From NCBI GenBank assembly GCA_028826165.1, contig JAPDFW010000054.1:496001-560000 (forward strand): DNA of 64,000 bases, read 5' to 3'. Below the pieces are notes generated by a model that saw only the letters and a program-made list of their open reading frames with translations, was not told the DNA's origin and did not search any database. Shown one piece after another: positions 1 to 19,816 of the stretch (positions within the stretch are counted from its first letter, which is position 1; every line of letters starts with the position of its first letter). The translations under genes and the position numbers were made by a program. The stretch comes from Anaeramoeba ignava BMAN. Its lineage: Eukaryota > Protista > Anaeramoebae.

Positions 1-160
1 ATTAAATATTTAATATTTTCAAATATTTATTATTCTAAATATTTAATATTTTCAAATATTTATTATTCTAAATATTTAATATTTCCAAATATTTCCAATT
101 ATTTAATATTTATTATTTAATATTTATTATTTAATATTTATTATTTAATGTTATTTTTAG

Positions 161-3100
161 AATCTCAGAATTTTTACAAAAAATGGAAGATACTTTTGGA
201 AAAAATTATTGCTTCTTTTTACCAATAAACTCACTCTCAAATAGAAAAGAAAAAAAAGAAACAATTCCTGAAGAAAGAATCCAAAAATATAAAAAATTAG
301 TTTCTTTTGATGGATCTTTACCAGAAAACTTTTGTAATTGCTTAAGCGAAAGCGATATTTCATTCATTTCTTCATTTATTCGATTATTTGTTTCTGAATC
401 ATTAATTCCATTTATTGAAAAAAGAATTCAAACTTTAAGTGAAATAGTCAATAACTCTTCGAAAAAAGGATTTAAAAAAGCGTAATTAAAAATAATTTCA
501 AGAGAAATCAAAATCAAAAAAGAAATATTAATTTGGAAAATAATTCAAAATCACAGTTTCAAAAATCTATTTGGAAAACAAAAAGAACAAACAAATACCA
601 CAGAAACATTCAATAAAATTGAATTCCAAACTAGAAAATTAGCAGATTATTACTTTTTCTTAAAAGATTACGACCAAGCTTTAGTTTACTACAAAATGGC
701 ATCAAACGAATTCAAAAATTCAAATTCATGGGATTATTTTGCAAGTGTTCAAGAAATGGCAACAATATGCAGTTTTATTCACGAAAGTAGAATCATTGAT
801 TCATTGCTTGATGCTGCTCAATATGGATATAAAAAAGCAAAATCATCGCCTTGTTTCTTGACAAATTTATTTTGGATTTTTGCAGAATTATATAAGAATT
901 CAATGAACAAAATCGAAAAAGCAATTGAACTTTATCTTCGAATTAGTTCATATGAATCAAATATCACTTCTGCTATTAATCTTGAACAAGCTGCTTACTG
1001 TTTTTATTATATGAAACCTTCATCATTTCGCAAATACCATTTTTATTTAATTTTGGCTGGGCAAAGATACAGTTTTTCAGGACAAAGCAACCACACAATC
1101 CGTTGCTATTCTAATTTTCAGCAAGAATTTCGAGACAAAAATTGGATCACAATTCAAAATCATTTAAATTATACAATTGCTTTGCATTCATTTTACATTT
1201 TGGATTTTGCAACTTCAATTCGTTGCTTCAAGGAAATTATCGGAAAATCAAAAGAATCCGATCAACAACAACGCTCATATTTGGAAGAGCTCATAATAGC
1301 TTCTCAAGGAGCTTCACAAAATTCTATTTCGCGAGTCTTTGAATTTCGCGTTCCTCAAATTTTAATGAATTCTATCAATGTTCTAATCAATGATGATTTT
1401 GTTCAAATTGATAATTCTTCTCAAATTCCTCCTTCTGAAGATTGGAGTGATCATGAAAATCTTTTCTTGAGAAAATTATCACAAAAAATCCCTATTAAAC
1501 CTCCTCAAGATCAAATGGAAAAAATTATTTTGAAAATCAAAAAATCAAATATTCATCAATTGCTTGAAAAAATTCCCAAAAAAACCAGTCCTGTTGGTGA
1601 ATCTATTATTGTAGAATTTTTTGTTTATAATCCTCTGAAATTTATGTTGAAATTTGGTCAAGCTTATTTGATTGCTGTTTATGAAAATAATGAAAATAAT
1701 GAAAATAATGAAAATAATGAAAATAATGAAAATAATGAAAATAATGAAAATAATGAAAATAATCAACAAGAATCCAAAAATATGATCAAAAATATCAATT
1801 GTGATTCAAAAGAAATTGAAGAAATATTAAAAAAATATGAAAAAAGTATTCATAAAAATGAAATTATAGTTGAAAAATCAGAATTCTCTTTATATCCAAA
1901 TGAAAATCGTTTATTAGAACTTAAAATTACTCCTCAAAAAGAAGGAAGACTAAGGATTATTGGAGTTGAATTTCAATTTCAAGAGCGATTGTTACTTTTT
2001 GTTCAATTTAAGATTCCTGGAAAGAAACTAAATAAAACAAAAAATCAAAGAAAAAATGATATTTATCTTCCAAGTAATAAATTGATTGTGGATATTGTTA
2101 CTCAAATGCCTCGACTTAGTATTCAAATTCAAAATTTTGCTACAAATTTAGTTGATGGATCAATTCGAAAAACATCATTTGAAATTGAAAATATAGGGAA
2201 AAAATCATTAAAAAATCTTTATGTTCAATTTGAAAAACCTGAATGTTTTGTTATTGAAAATATAAATGAAAATATAAATGAAAATATAAATGAAAGTATA
2301 AATCAAAATATAAATCAAAATTCAAATCAAAATTTAAATGAAAATTCAAATGAAAATATAAATCAAAATATAAATCAAAATATAAAATCAAAATATATCA
2401 AAATAAAATAAAAAAAATATAAATCAAAAAAAATAAATCAAAATATAAATGAAAATATAAATCAAAATATAAATCAAAATATAAATCAAAATATAAATCA
2501 AAATATAAATGAAAATATAAATCAAAATATAAATGAAAATATAAATCAAAATATAAATCAAAATATAAATCAAAATATAAATCAAAATTCAAATGAAAAT
2601 ATAAATCAAAATACAAATCAAAATATAAATCAAGATTATTCAATTGTTCCTCTATATTTAAATGAACTAAAAAAAAGACAGAAAATCAAAATTCCTTGTT
2701 GGTTTCGTGCAACATCCTCAAAATTTGAACAAAATAAACATCTCTTTTTTTATCAAACATTACAAGAAAATTCCAAAATGAAATATCGATTATTTCGAGC
2801 AATAACACAATTTAAATCAGAAAGTTCACTTAGTTTAGAAACACAAATATTTCAAAATCCATTTTCAATTAATGAATATATTCTTGTTTTGAGTATTTCA
2901 AATATTGGAAATCTAAACATTTTTGAATTACTACAAATCACATCAATTTCAAAGTATTTTGTGATTGAATTACTTAATTATAATGAAATTTCTGGAATTA
3001 AAGAATCAAATAATAATAATAATAATAATGATTATGAAAAACTCAATCTTTTTTTAAAACCACAAGAAAATTTAGTAATAATAATGAAAATCAAACCAAT

Positions 3101-3818
3101 CACAAAAAATGTATCATTAAAGAAGGAAAATATAATCGAAGAATTTGAAATAAAACATATTGAAATGAATGAAAAAAATTCACGTGAAGATTTACTTCAA
3201 ATTCCATTCCAAAATTTTTTCTTTCAAGAAAAACAGCAAAAACAAAACCGAAAAAATCATAAAAATCATAAAAATCATAAAAATCATAAAAATAATCAAA
3301 CAAATAATGTTGAAATTTCATCGAAAAATCAAAATTTTGAGTTTGGGATTATTTTACTTTGGAAAATTCAAGGAAAAGGATATGGACAACATCAAAAATT
3401 AATACCAGATTTAAGAAAAGTGATTTCAAATAGTAATATATCTGAAAGTAGTTCAATATTGAAACGAAAATATAATAATTTTAGTATTACAATATCAAGT
3501 TCAAAAGAAATTTGGCATGATTTCTCAAAAAATCCAATAGCTAAAGCAAATGTTGTGTTTTATATTAGAGAAGAATATAATTCAAAGATTAATTCTTTGA
3601 TTGAAATGAGAAATGGTTCTTCTCAAAATTTATTTTGGATTGGATGTACTCATTTTAATAGAAAATTTTCACAAAATGAATTATTTTCTTTTAAACTTCA
3701 AGCTTGTTTTTTGAAACCAGGTGTATATGATTTGAATCAAATTATTATTAAGCAAAATTTAAGAAGACCATTTATTTCTTCTTTTCAACATTTAATATGT
3801 GTCAAACAAGCAAATTAG
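161..3818 (+). CDS. TRAPPC8: Trafficking protein particle complex subunit 8 (Trs85), 5' end outside the window
   Basis: Motifs FIRLFVSESLIPFIEKRIQTL, EFQTRKLADYYF, FRKYHFYLILAGQRY, VGESIIVEFFVYNPL and FLKPGVYDLN. The first exon follows TTTTAG at 160, and intron 482-556 (GT..CAG) keeps frame. ORFs 696 and 2778 share a frame, separated by a TAA at 2409 inside a locally garbled NQNI repeat (probable assembly error). Confidence 0.88.
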
Positions 3819-3819
3819 A

Positions 3820-5968
3820 AATAATAATTTTATTAATAAATTTAATAATAAATTTAATAATAAATTTAATAATAAATTTAATAATAATTTTAATAATAAT
3901 TTTAATAATAAATTTAATAATAATTTTAATAATAATTTTAATAATAATTTTAATAATAATTTTAATAATAATTTTAATAATAAATTTTAATAATAAATTT
4001 AATAATAATTTTAATAATAATTTTAATAATAAATTTAAATAATAAATTTTAATAATAAATTTAATAAATTTAATAATAATTTTAATAATAATTTAAATAA
4101 TAAATTTTAATAATAAATTTAATTATAATTTTAATTATAATTTTAATAATAAATTTAATAATAATTTTAATAATAATTTTAATAATAATTTTAATTATAA
4201 TTTTAATTATAATTTTAATAATAAATTTAATAATAATTTTAATAATAATTTTAATAATAATTTTAATAATAAATTTAATAATAAATTTAATAATAATTTA
4301 ATAATAATTTTAATAATAAATTTAATAATAAATTTAATAATAATTTTAATAATAATTTTAATAATAAATTTAAATAATAATTTTAATAATAATTTTAATA
4401 ATAATTTTAATAATAAATTTTAATAATAATTTTTAATAATAATTTTAATAATAATTTTAATAATAATTTTAATAATCAATTTTAATAATAAATTTAATAA
4501 TAATTTTAATAATAAATATAATAATAATTTTAATAATAATTTTAATAATAAATTTAATAATAAATTTAATAATAAATTTAATAATAAATTTAATAATAAT
4601 TTTAATAATAAATTTAATAATAATTTTTAATAATAAATTTAATAATAATTTTAATAATAAATTTAATAATAAATTTAATAATAATTTTAATAATAAATTT
4701 TTAATAAATTTAATAATAAATTTAATAATAATTTAATAATAAATTTAATAATAATTTAATAATAAATTTAATAATAATTTTAATAATAATTTTTAATAAT
4801 AATTTTAATAATAATTTTAATAATAATTTTAATAATAATTTTAATAATAATTTTTTTAATAATTTTTTAATAATAAATTTAATAATAATTTTAATAATAA
4901 TTTTAATAATAAATTTTTAATAATAATTTTAATAATAAATTTAATAATAAATTTTAATAATAAATTTAATAATAATTTTAATAATAATTTTAATAATAAA
5001 TTTAATAATAAATTTAATAATAAATTTAATAATAAATTTAATAATAATTTTAATAATAATTTTAATAATAAATTTAATAATAATTTTAATAATAATTTTA
5101 ATAATAATTTTAATAATAATTTTAATAATCAATTTTAATAATAATTTTAATAATAATTTTTAATAAATATAATAATAAATATAATAATAATTTTAATAAT
5201 AAATTTAATAATAAATTTAATAATAAATTTAATAATAAATTTAATAATAATTTTTAATAATAAATTTAATAATAATTTTAATAATAAATTTTAATAATAA
5301 TTTTAATAATAAATTTAATAATAAATTTAATAATAAATTTAATAATAAATTTAATAATAAATTTAATAATAAATTTTAATAATAAATTTAATAATAATTT
5401 TAATACTAATTTTAATAATAATTTTAATAATAAATTTAATAATAAATTTTAATAATAATTTTAATAATAAATTTAATAATAAATTTAATAATAAATTTAA
5501 TAATAAATTTAATAATAAATTTAATAATAATTTTTAATAATAATTTTAATAATAATTTAAATAATAATTTTAATAATAATTTTAATAATAATTTTAATAA
5601 TAAATTTAATAATAAATTTTAATAATAATTTTAATAATAAATTTAATAATAAATTTAATAATAATTTTAATAATAATTTTATTAATAAATTTAATAATAA
5701 TTATAATAATAATTTTAATAATAAATTTAATAATAAATTTTAATAATAATTTTAATAATAATTTTTAATAATAAATTTAATAATAATTTTAATAATAAAT
5801 TTAATAATAATTTTAATAATAATTTTAATAATAAATTTAATAATAAATTTAATAATAAATTTAATAATAATTTTAATAATAATTTTATTAATAAATTTAA
5901 TAATAATTTAAATAATAAATTTAATAATAATATTTAATAATAATTTTAATAATAAATTTAATAAATTT
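3820..5968. repeat. ~2.1 kb almost pure A/T satellite, ~12-bp unit TTAATAATAA(A/T)T
   Basis: Directly visible tandem repeat between TRAPPC8 and DOCK, with only a few C bases. Confidence 0.97.
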
Positions 5969-6244
5969 AAAAAGATCAAATTTAAAAAGATCAAATTTAA
6001 AAAGATCAAATATTTCTCAAAAAAAAAAAACAAAAAATAGAAAATGTGAATTCAACATTTTTTAACAAGAAATTGTTTGTTATTTAAAATTAAAAGTTAA
6101 ATTAAAATTTTATTTTTTTATTATTTTTATTTTTATTATTTAAAAAAAAATTTTTTTTTAATTTTTCTTTTTTATTTGAGAAAAAAAATAAAAATAAAAA
6201 AAATAAAAAATTCATTTTTTTTTTGCTTTTTTTGTTTTAACAAA

Positions 6245-12525
<6,281 letters not shown>

Positions 12526-12685
12526 AAAATGAAAAATTTTTTTTTTCTTTTCTTTTCTTTTCAACAAGCAAAAAACAAAAAACAAAAACAAAAACAAAAA
12601 CAAAAACAAAAACAAAAACAAAAACAAAAACAAAAACAAAAACAAAAACAAAAACAAAAACAAAAACAATTAAAAAGAAAAAAAA

Positions 12686-12739
12686 TTTTTTCATTTTTCA
12701 TTTTTCATTTTTTCATTTTTCATTTTTCATTTCACAATT
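12686..12739 (+). promoter_or_regulatory. Clustered TTTTCATTTT initiator-like elements upstream of DPE2 (example of a window-wide motif)
   Basis: About six tandem TCATTT copies sit immediately 5' of the ATG, and the same motif precedes most genes in the sense orientation. Confidence 0.55.
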
Positions 12740-15700
12740 ATGATTCGTTTAACTTTTAGAATAAAACATCCAAAAACAATCTCATTTGTTTGGTTATCAG
12801 GTTCAATTCCTGAACTTGGAGAATGGAAAAAACAAAATGCAATACAAATGAAAACAATTCAAGAAATGCCAGCAGATTTTCTTTTAAGTGAAGCTGTAAT
12901 TGAAGTCAAAAGTCCACAAAGAGACACAGTCATTCTATATTCATTTTTCACAGAAAACGAAGAAACTATTTTTGAAAGTAAAAAGAATCGTAAGATTAAA
13001 ATTATTGCAGGAGCAGAAGGCAAAAAAAGTGTTACCGATATTTGGGGAAAAATTCCAAAATCAATTCAATCAAAAATCGTTGTTAGATTCAAAATACGTT
13101 ACGTTACAAGTTTTGGACAAAATTTATATGTTTTTGGAAATTGCAAAGAATTGGGATCTGGAGAAGTGAGTAAAGCAATAAAGATGAACTACGTGAACGA
13201 TGAACTTGAGAACTGGCAAGTTGATGTTAATTTTAGTCGTTTATCTTTGAAGAAAGACATCACCTTTTCCTTCCTTGTTCGTGATAATGAAAACAACACA
13301 ATCAAAGAAGCTATTCAACGAGTATTACCTGTGTACAGTGACTTTAAAAGAGGATATATTGAGGTTGGAGGTTCTTTTTATGGAAATCTTCCTCCACATG
13401 AATACATTATGAATCGAGCACCTTTTAGTCAAATTTTTTCCAAACCCGAAAACAAGGAAATGGAAAAGCTTCCAAAGATTGATTTATGGGAAGATAATAA
13501 TGGTAATTATTGATAGTAATGATGACAATAATTTTTGTTAACTAATTAAAATATTTTTCTGTTTTTGTTTTTATTTTTTTTTTAGCAAATAAAATTCCAG
13601 TAAATTTTCAAGTAATTTGGATTGAACCTTTAAATGGATATCAGATTAGAATTGTTGGAAACTGTCCTTCTCTCGGAAATTGGGATGTTTATAATTCTGT
13701 TCCAGTTCTCAATAATGAATTCCCAGTTTGGAAAAATGTAATCGCAATGAGTCCAGAAGAATTTCCAATTGAATACAAATATGTAATTTGTCCTCAAAAA
13801 TCACTCAGAGAAATCCCGAAAGATCAATTCTACTTTGAAGTGGGAGAAAACAGGAAATTCAAATTGAAAGCCAAAATTGATGGAAATGATGGATATCTCC
13901 CAAATGTAGTGGTGATTGATGGAGGAAAATTGCGATTGAACAAAGAAATCAAACCACCAAGAATTGCAGGAGTTGCAATCCCAATATTCTCGATAAGATC
14001 CTTAAACGGGCTAGGAGTTGGTGAGTTTCAGGATCTAGAATTGATGGCAGAATGGGCAAGCAGAGCGCATTTGAAGTTTATCCAAGTTCTCCCGATTAAT
14101 GACACAAGAATAACGGGAACTTGGAAAGATTCGTATCCTTATTCCGCATTGTCTTCGATGTCTCTCCATCCAATATATGCCAACATTGACCGACTCGATC
14201 CACCTGAAAATCTCATGGAAATCATAGAAAAGAAAAAGAAAGAAGTCAACGAGATGGTGGAAGACAAAGAAACTCATCAGCAAGTGTTTAAATATCCAAC
14301 CCTTGATTATCCCGAAATTACTCAACTCAAGATGTATCTTCTGAGACAGATTTTCAATGAGCGAAAAGAAGCATTTAAAGAGTCAAAAGAACTCCAAGAA
14401 TTCATCAAGGAAAACAAATTTTGGCTTCCGGCTTATGCGCTACTATGCGCATTTGGAGAGAAATACGAAGATGCAGATCACTCTAAATGGCCAGATTACA
14501 GAAACATTTCTCGCGAGGCAATCAATGCATTAACTTCTCCTTCTTCGCTTATTTACGATCAAGTTCTTTTTTACATGTGGGTGCAATTTGTTCTTGATGA
14601 ACAACTCAGAGACGCAGTTTCCGCAGTGAATAAACACGGAATTGCACTTATGGGAGACTTACCAATTGGTGTTGATTTCCAGAGTTCCGATGTCTGGACA
14701 AATCCACACATTTTCCGCAAGTATTTCACATGTGGAGCACCACCAGATTACTTTGCACAACGCGGACAGAATTGGTATTTCCCAGCATACGACTGGGAGC
14801 AAATGGAAAAGGATCATTTCCAATATTGGAAAAACCGTCTTAGACAGCTTTCCAAGTATTTCCAAGCAATGCGCGTTGATCATATCCTTGGATGGTTCCG
14901 CATGTGGGAAGTTCCAATCATACAACACGAAGGTTTATTCGGTCACTTTTGGCCATCTATCCCCATTTATCGCAACGAACTTCTCTCTCGTGGTCTCTGG
15001 GATTTAAGAAGACTTTGCGAACCTTACTTGCCTTATCACGTTCTTATATATTATTTTATGAGAGAGATCAAAAAAAACGACAAAGAAGAGGAAGAGGAAG
15101 TTTTGATTCCCAATTTCACAGTGCAAGATGCTGAGAAATTGATTTCCATTTACTTCCAAAAAAACGATATTGGAAGATACAGTTTCAAAGACGAATATTC
15201 AACACAAGCAAAAATTAAAGATAAGGTGACTAATCCTCATTTAGTTGAAAGATTGTTTAAGCTTTCCACAGAAATTTGCTTGATTGGTGATCCTTATTCA
15301 GAAACGTAAATGAATCAAAATGATATTTATATTATTTTTTTTTCAAACAAACTTTAAAACTTTATTTTTTTAAACTTATTCTTATTTTTAGATTTTACCC
15401 TCGTTATGGTCTTGAAAAAACATTTTCATACCAAGAAATGGATCAACCTGCCAAAAACAACCTTTCTGAATTAGCAAACGATTATTTCCATCGACGCCAA
15501 GATGATCTTTGGAAAAAATCAGCACGTAAAAAATTGCCATTATTAACAGAAACTAATAATATGCTTATTGTTGCTGAAGATCTTGGATTAAAACCTACTT
15601 GTGTTGATTCTGTTTTGGATGAAATGAAAATTCCAGGAATGAGAATTGAAAGAATGTCTCCTGATGAAAAAAAATCACCATTTGATCATATAGAGAATTT

Positions 15701-16097
15701 CCAGTACATGTCAATGACTTCAACATCAACTCATGATACAGAAAATCTTCGACAATGGTGGGAAATTCTGAAGGATAAAGATTTTTACTGGAGAAATATT
15801 CTTCATAGAGATGGAAATCCAACTCCCTTTCTTGAAATTAACATCAGCGAGCAAATCATTTATAACCATTTGAATAGTAAATCAATGATTTGCATTATTC
15901 CTCTTCAAGATTGGTTTTCTTTAACTTCTCATCTTCGTTTGAAAATGCCAATAACAGAACGAATTAATTATCCTCCAAATCGTGATCATCATTGGGAATA
16001 TCAAATGCAAATTCCTATTGAGGATTTAATTAATAGAAATCAAACTTTTACAAGTAAGATTGCGAAGATGATTTCAGATACAAATCGAGATTTCTAA
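12740..16097 (+). CDS. DPE2: 4-alpha-glucanotransferase (GH77, DPE2-like) with N-terminal CBM20 modules
   Basis: GVAIPIFSIRS, QVLPINDT, DSYPYS, GDLPIGV, GAPPDYF..GQNW, catalytic motifs RVDHILG, AEDLG and STHD, and ERINYP. Introns 13503-13585 and 15306-15391 restore the frame. Confidence 0.95.
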
Positions 16098-16123
16098 ATT
16101 TTTTTTTTTTTCATTTTTTTTCC

Positions 16124-16486
16124 CTAATTCCATTTTTCTTCAAATTTTAAAATAATTTTAATTGATTCTCCTTCTTTTAAAACTTCTTTAATTTTTCTTT
16201 TTTTTTCTTCTTTTCCTAATATTTTTGATTCTTTTTCAATTTCTGTTTCTTCAATTAAAATTTTTTGATAAAAATTTTTTGTTTGGATAAAAAGAGGAAA
16301 TTCAATATCTTTTCCATTAATTTTATTTCCAAAATCTGATCCAAATTCTCCAAAAATTTCTTTTTCAATTTTTTTTTGAAATAAATAACGAGTTATTAAA
16401 GTAAAAATTAACCATTCAAGAGATTGATTTCCTTCTCCACATTCAATTTGAAATTTTTTTTCTTGAATTCTTCCTAAAATTTTCAT
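16124..16486 (-). CDS. Small protein, probable Par3/HAL N-terminal (ubiquitin-like) domain
   Basis: Intronless 120-aa ORF. FQIECGEGNQSLEWLIFTLITRY resembles the Par3/HAL-N pattern (C-G-x-G...W-L...R-Y), and TTTTCATTTT motifs lie upstream. Confidence 0.55.
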   Translation of the reverse strand: MKILGRIQEKKFQIECGEGNQSLEWLIFTLITRYLFQKKIEKEIFGEFGSDFGNKINGKDIEFPLFIQTKNFYQKILIEETEIEKESKILGKEEKKRKIKEVLKEGESIKIILKFEEKWN

Positions 16487-16704
16487 TTAAAAAAAAATAA
16501 AATGAAAATTAAAATGAAAAATAAAATGAAATTAAAATGAAAATTAAAATGAAAATTAAAATGAAAATTAAAATGAAAATGTTTTAAAAATGTTTGATCA
16601 AAATTCCAAAAAAAAAAAGCAAAAAAAAATTTTTTTTGACTTTGAAAAGTAAAAGAAGAAAAAAAAAAAAAAAGAAAGAAGAAAAGGGGAATAAAAATGG
16701 GAAA

Positions 16705-18454
16705 TTAAATTGCTATTCTTGATTTGTAATAACCATCATCAGGACAACAAACTGTGTAATAAATTGTAATATCATTAGTTAAAGGAGGAGTATATAAAAG
16801 AGCCCAAAGAGTATCATTATTAATTAAATCTTTTTCTTCCATTTCAGCTAAAATTTTCTTTGCAGCTTTTTTTCTTTTTCGAGACATGAAAACATCTGAA
16901 TCTGAATCATTTCTCCAATGATCTTGATTGCATTGAATTATTAATCCTTTTTTAGAAAAAGTCCATCTTGATTTTTTAACCTCATCTTCACGTTCTCGAG
17001 TTATAAGAGTAGCATCAGAAACACCACAAACAGTAAGATAAACTGGTGCCATAAGAAAAGATTTAGATAATCCACCAACAATTTCACTTTTTGGATTGAT
17101 TTAATTTATATAAAAATAATTAAATAATTAAATAATTAATTTTTATAAAGAGTTTATACTCATATGAATAATCTGAAGTAAGTAAATGTCTAACAAGAAA
17201 TCCAACAGGCCAAGCTCCATCTTTGGCAGTCATAAGATTTTTAAGAACACTTCCACCAGTAACTCGATAATTAACAGAAACAGCTGCAACTCCTATCAGA
17301 TATTTTTTTAAATTTAAATTTAGATTTTAATTTTGATTTTCTAATTGATTTTAATTTTGATTTTCAATTTGATTTTGATTTTGATTTTAATTTTGATTTT
17401 AATTTTGATTTTGATTTTAATTTTGATTTTGATTTTGATTTTGATTTTAATTTTGATTTTGATTTTGATTTTGATTTTGATTTTGATTTTGATTTTGATT
17501 TTGATTTTGATTTTAATTTAGATTTTAATTTTAATTTTTATTTTGATTTTAATTTTGATTTTAATTTTAATTTTTCAAACCAGGTTTCATTCCTGTTAAA
17601 ATTCCAGCATAACCTGGCCAAGTAGTTCCAATAAAAACAGTTTCTCCATTTCTTCTAAAATCAATTTCAATAGTAAACTTTTTCAAAAAAGGCATTTCCC
17701 AATCCATTGTTCTTGCTAAAACAAACTTATTATCATCTTTTTGTTTTTATTTTTGTTTTTGTTTTGAATTTAAAAAATAAGCAAAAAAAAAATAATTTAA
17801 TTCTTACCAGATCTTTGAGTAACAATAGAAGTACAAGCAGCACTCAATTCATAAGCAATATTCAAAAGAAGTAAACTACCTAAAGGAAATTTTGATTGTT
17901 TTGCAATTGCTTGTAATTCTTTTCCAAAAAAAACAGCACCAGACTTTGCAATAGAACCAAAAATACTATTCGCAATTTTTTTCATAAATTTCCCTATAAG
18001 CTTTTTAAACAAAAATTTGGAAAATTAAAATCAAAATTAAAATTAAAATTAAAATTATAATTACACCAGATCCAAATATTTCTTTAATCATTCCATCAAG
18101 AAATTCAAGAACTTCTTTATAACATGATTTATATTTTTCAACAACTTCATGCCATCTAGTTTCTGGTGGTTCATCTAAATTTATAATAAAACGAGGAATT
18201 GCATAAGGATCATTTTCTTTTTCATCATCTTCATCTTCATTTTCTTTCTCTTTTTTTTCTTCTTTTAATTGAAGTGAAAAATATTTATGAAGTTTTTCAT
18301 GGACTTGATTATCAAAATTTTGAGATTCATTTAAGATTTTAGTTTCATCTTCTTCAGTTATAATAATTTTATCATCTGAATCAATTTCAATTTCTTCTTG
18401 TGATTCTGAATCAGTTGAAGACAAATTTTGGTTTTCTTTTTGGTTTGAGTTCAT
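16705..18454 (-). CDS. Acid ceramidase / N-acylethanolamine acid amidase-like Ntn hydrolase
   Basis: IPRFIINLDEPPETRW, LNIAYELSAA-CTSIV (autocleavage Cys), LARTMDW, WPGYAGILTGMKPG, SVNYR and MAPVYLTVCG. Four introns at about 18000-18064, 17737-17807, 17293-17580 and 17087-17159. Confidence 0.9.
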
Positions 18455-18571
18455 TTTATTTACGTTCTTTGTTTCTTTTGTGTTTATCTCTTTTAAAAAA
18501 AAAAAGGAAAAATGGTTTTTTTAAAGGAGAAAAATATTTTTTATTTTTTCATTTTTTCTTCTTTTTTTTTA

Positions 18572-19714
18572 ATGTCTATATTATTTGAAACAACAGAAGG
18601 TGATTTTGTTATTGATTTATTTGTTGAAGAATCACCAAAAGCAGCTTTAAATTTTATAAAACTTTGCAAAATGAAATATTATAATCATTGTTTATTTTAT
18701 CTTATTCAACCAGGATTTATTATTCAATCAGGAGATCCAACAGGAACAGGAAAAGGTGGTTCTTCAATTTTTGGAGTTATTAACGGAGAAAAAGAAAGAT
18801 TTTTTGAAGATGATTTCTCTCCAAAATTAAAACATAATAAAACTGGAATTGTTTCAATGAATAATTTTGGTTCAAATACAAATAATTCTCAATTTTTTAT
18901 TACTCTTCGTAAAGATGATTTACAATTTTTAGATAAGAAATATATGATTGTAGGAGAAATTGTTGAAGGTTTAGATGTTGTAATAAATATTTCAGATGCT
19001 TTTTGTGATCAAGAAGGGCGACCTTTACGTAATATTCGGTAAAATTCATTTTGAAATTGAAATTAAAATTCATTTTGAAATTTAAATTCATTTTGAAATT
19101 AAAATTCATTTTGAAATTAAAATTATAATTAAAATTTTAAATTAAAATTCATTTTGAAATTAAAATTAAAATTAAAATTCATTTTAAAATTAAAATTAAA
19201 ATTCATTTTGAAATTAAAATTAAAATTCATTTTGAAATTAAATTTAAAATTAAAATTAAAATTGAAATTCATTTTGAAATTAAAATTCATTTTGAAATTA
19301 AAATTCATTTTGAAATTTAAATTAAAATTAAAATTAAAATTAAAATTAATATTAAAATTAAAATTAAATTTAAAATTAAAATTAAAATTCATTTTGAAAT
19401 TAAAATTAAAATTCAATTTGAAATTAAAATTAAAATTCATTTTGAAATTAAAATTTAAATTTAAAATTAAAATTAAAATTCATTTTGAAATTAAAATTAA
19501 TAATAGAATTTTAAAAACAAATATTTTATTTGATCCATTTCCTGATCCAAATGGATTTCAAGAACCAGATGCATCACCAAACAGAGAAATTGCATATCAA
19601 AGTAATGATGTTAGATTTGAAAAAGATGAAAAAATTGAAGAAAATAATACAGATGAACAAATCAAAATTCAAGATGCAAAAGTCAAAGCAGATGTAAAAA
19701 TTTTTCAAAACAAA

Positions 19715-19745
<31 letters not shown>

Positions 19746-19785
19746 CAAAAACAAAACAAAAAACAAAACAAAAACAAAACAAAAC

Positions 19786-19816
<31 letters not shown>

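Noticed and set aside
2395-2435. In-frame TAA inside TRAPPC8 suggesting stop-codon reassignment or readthrough
   Set aside because: It lies in a locally garbled NQNI repeat with compensating indels. All other genes use TAA/TAG/TGA as normal stops, and long exons have no internal stops.
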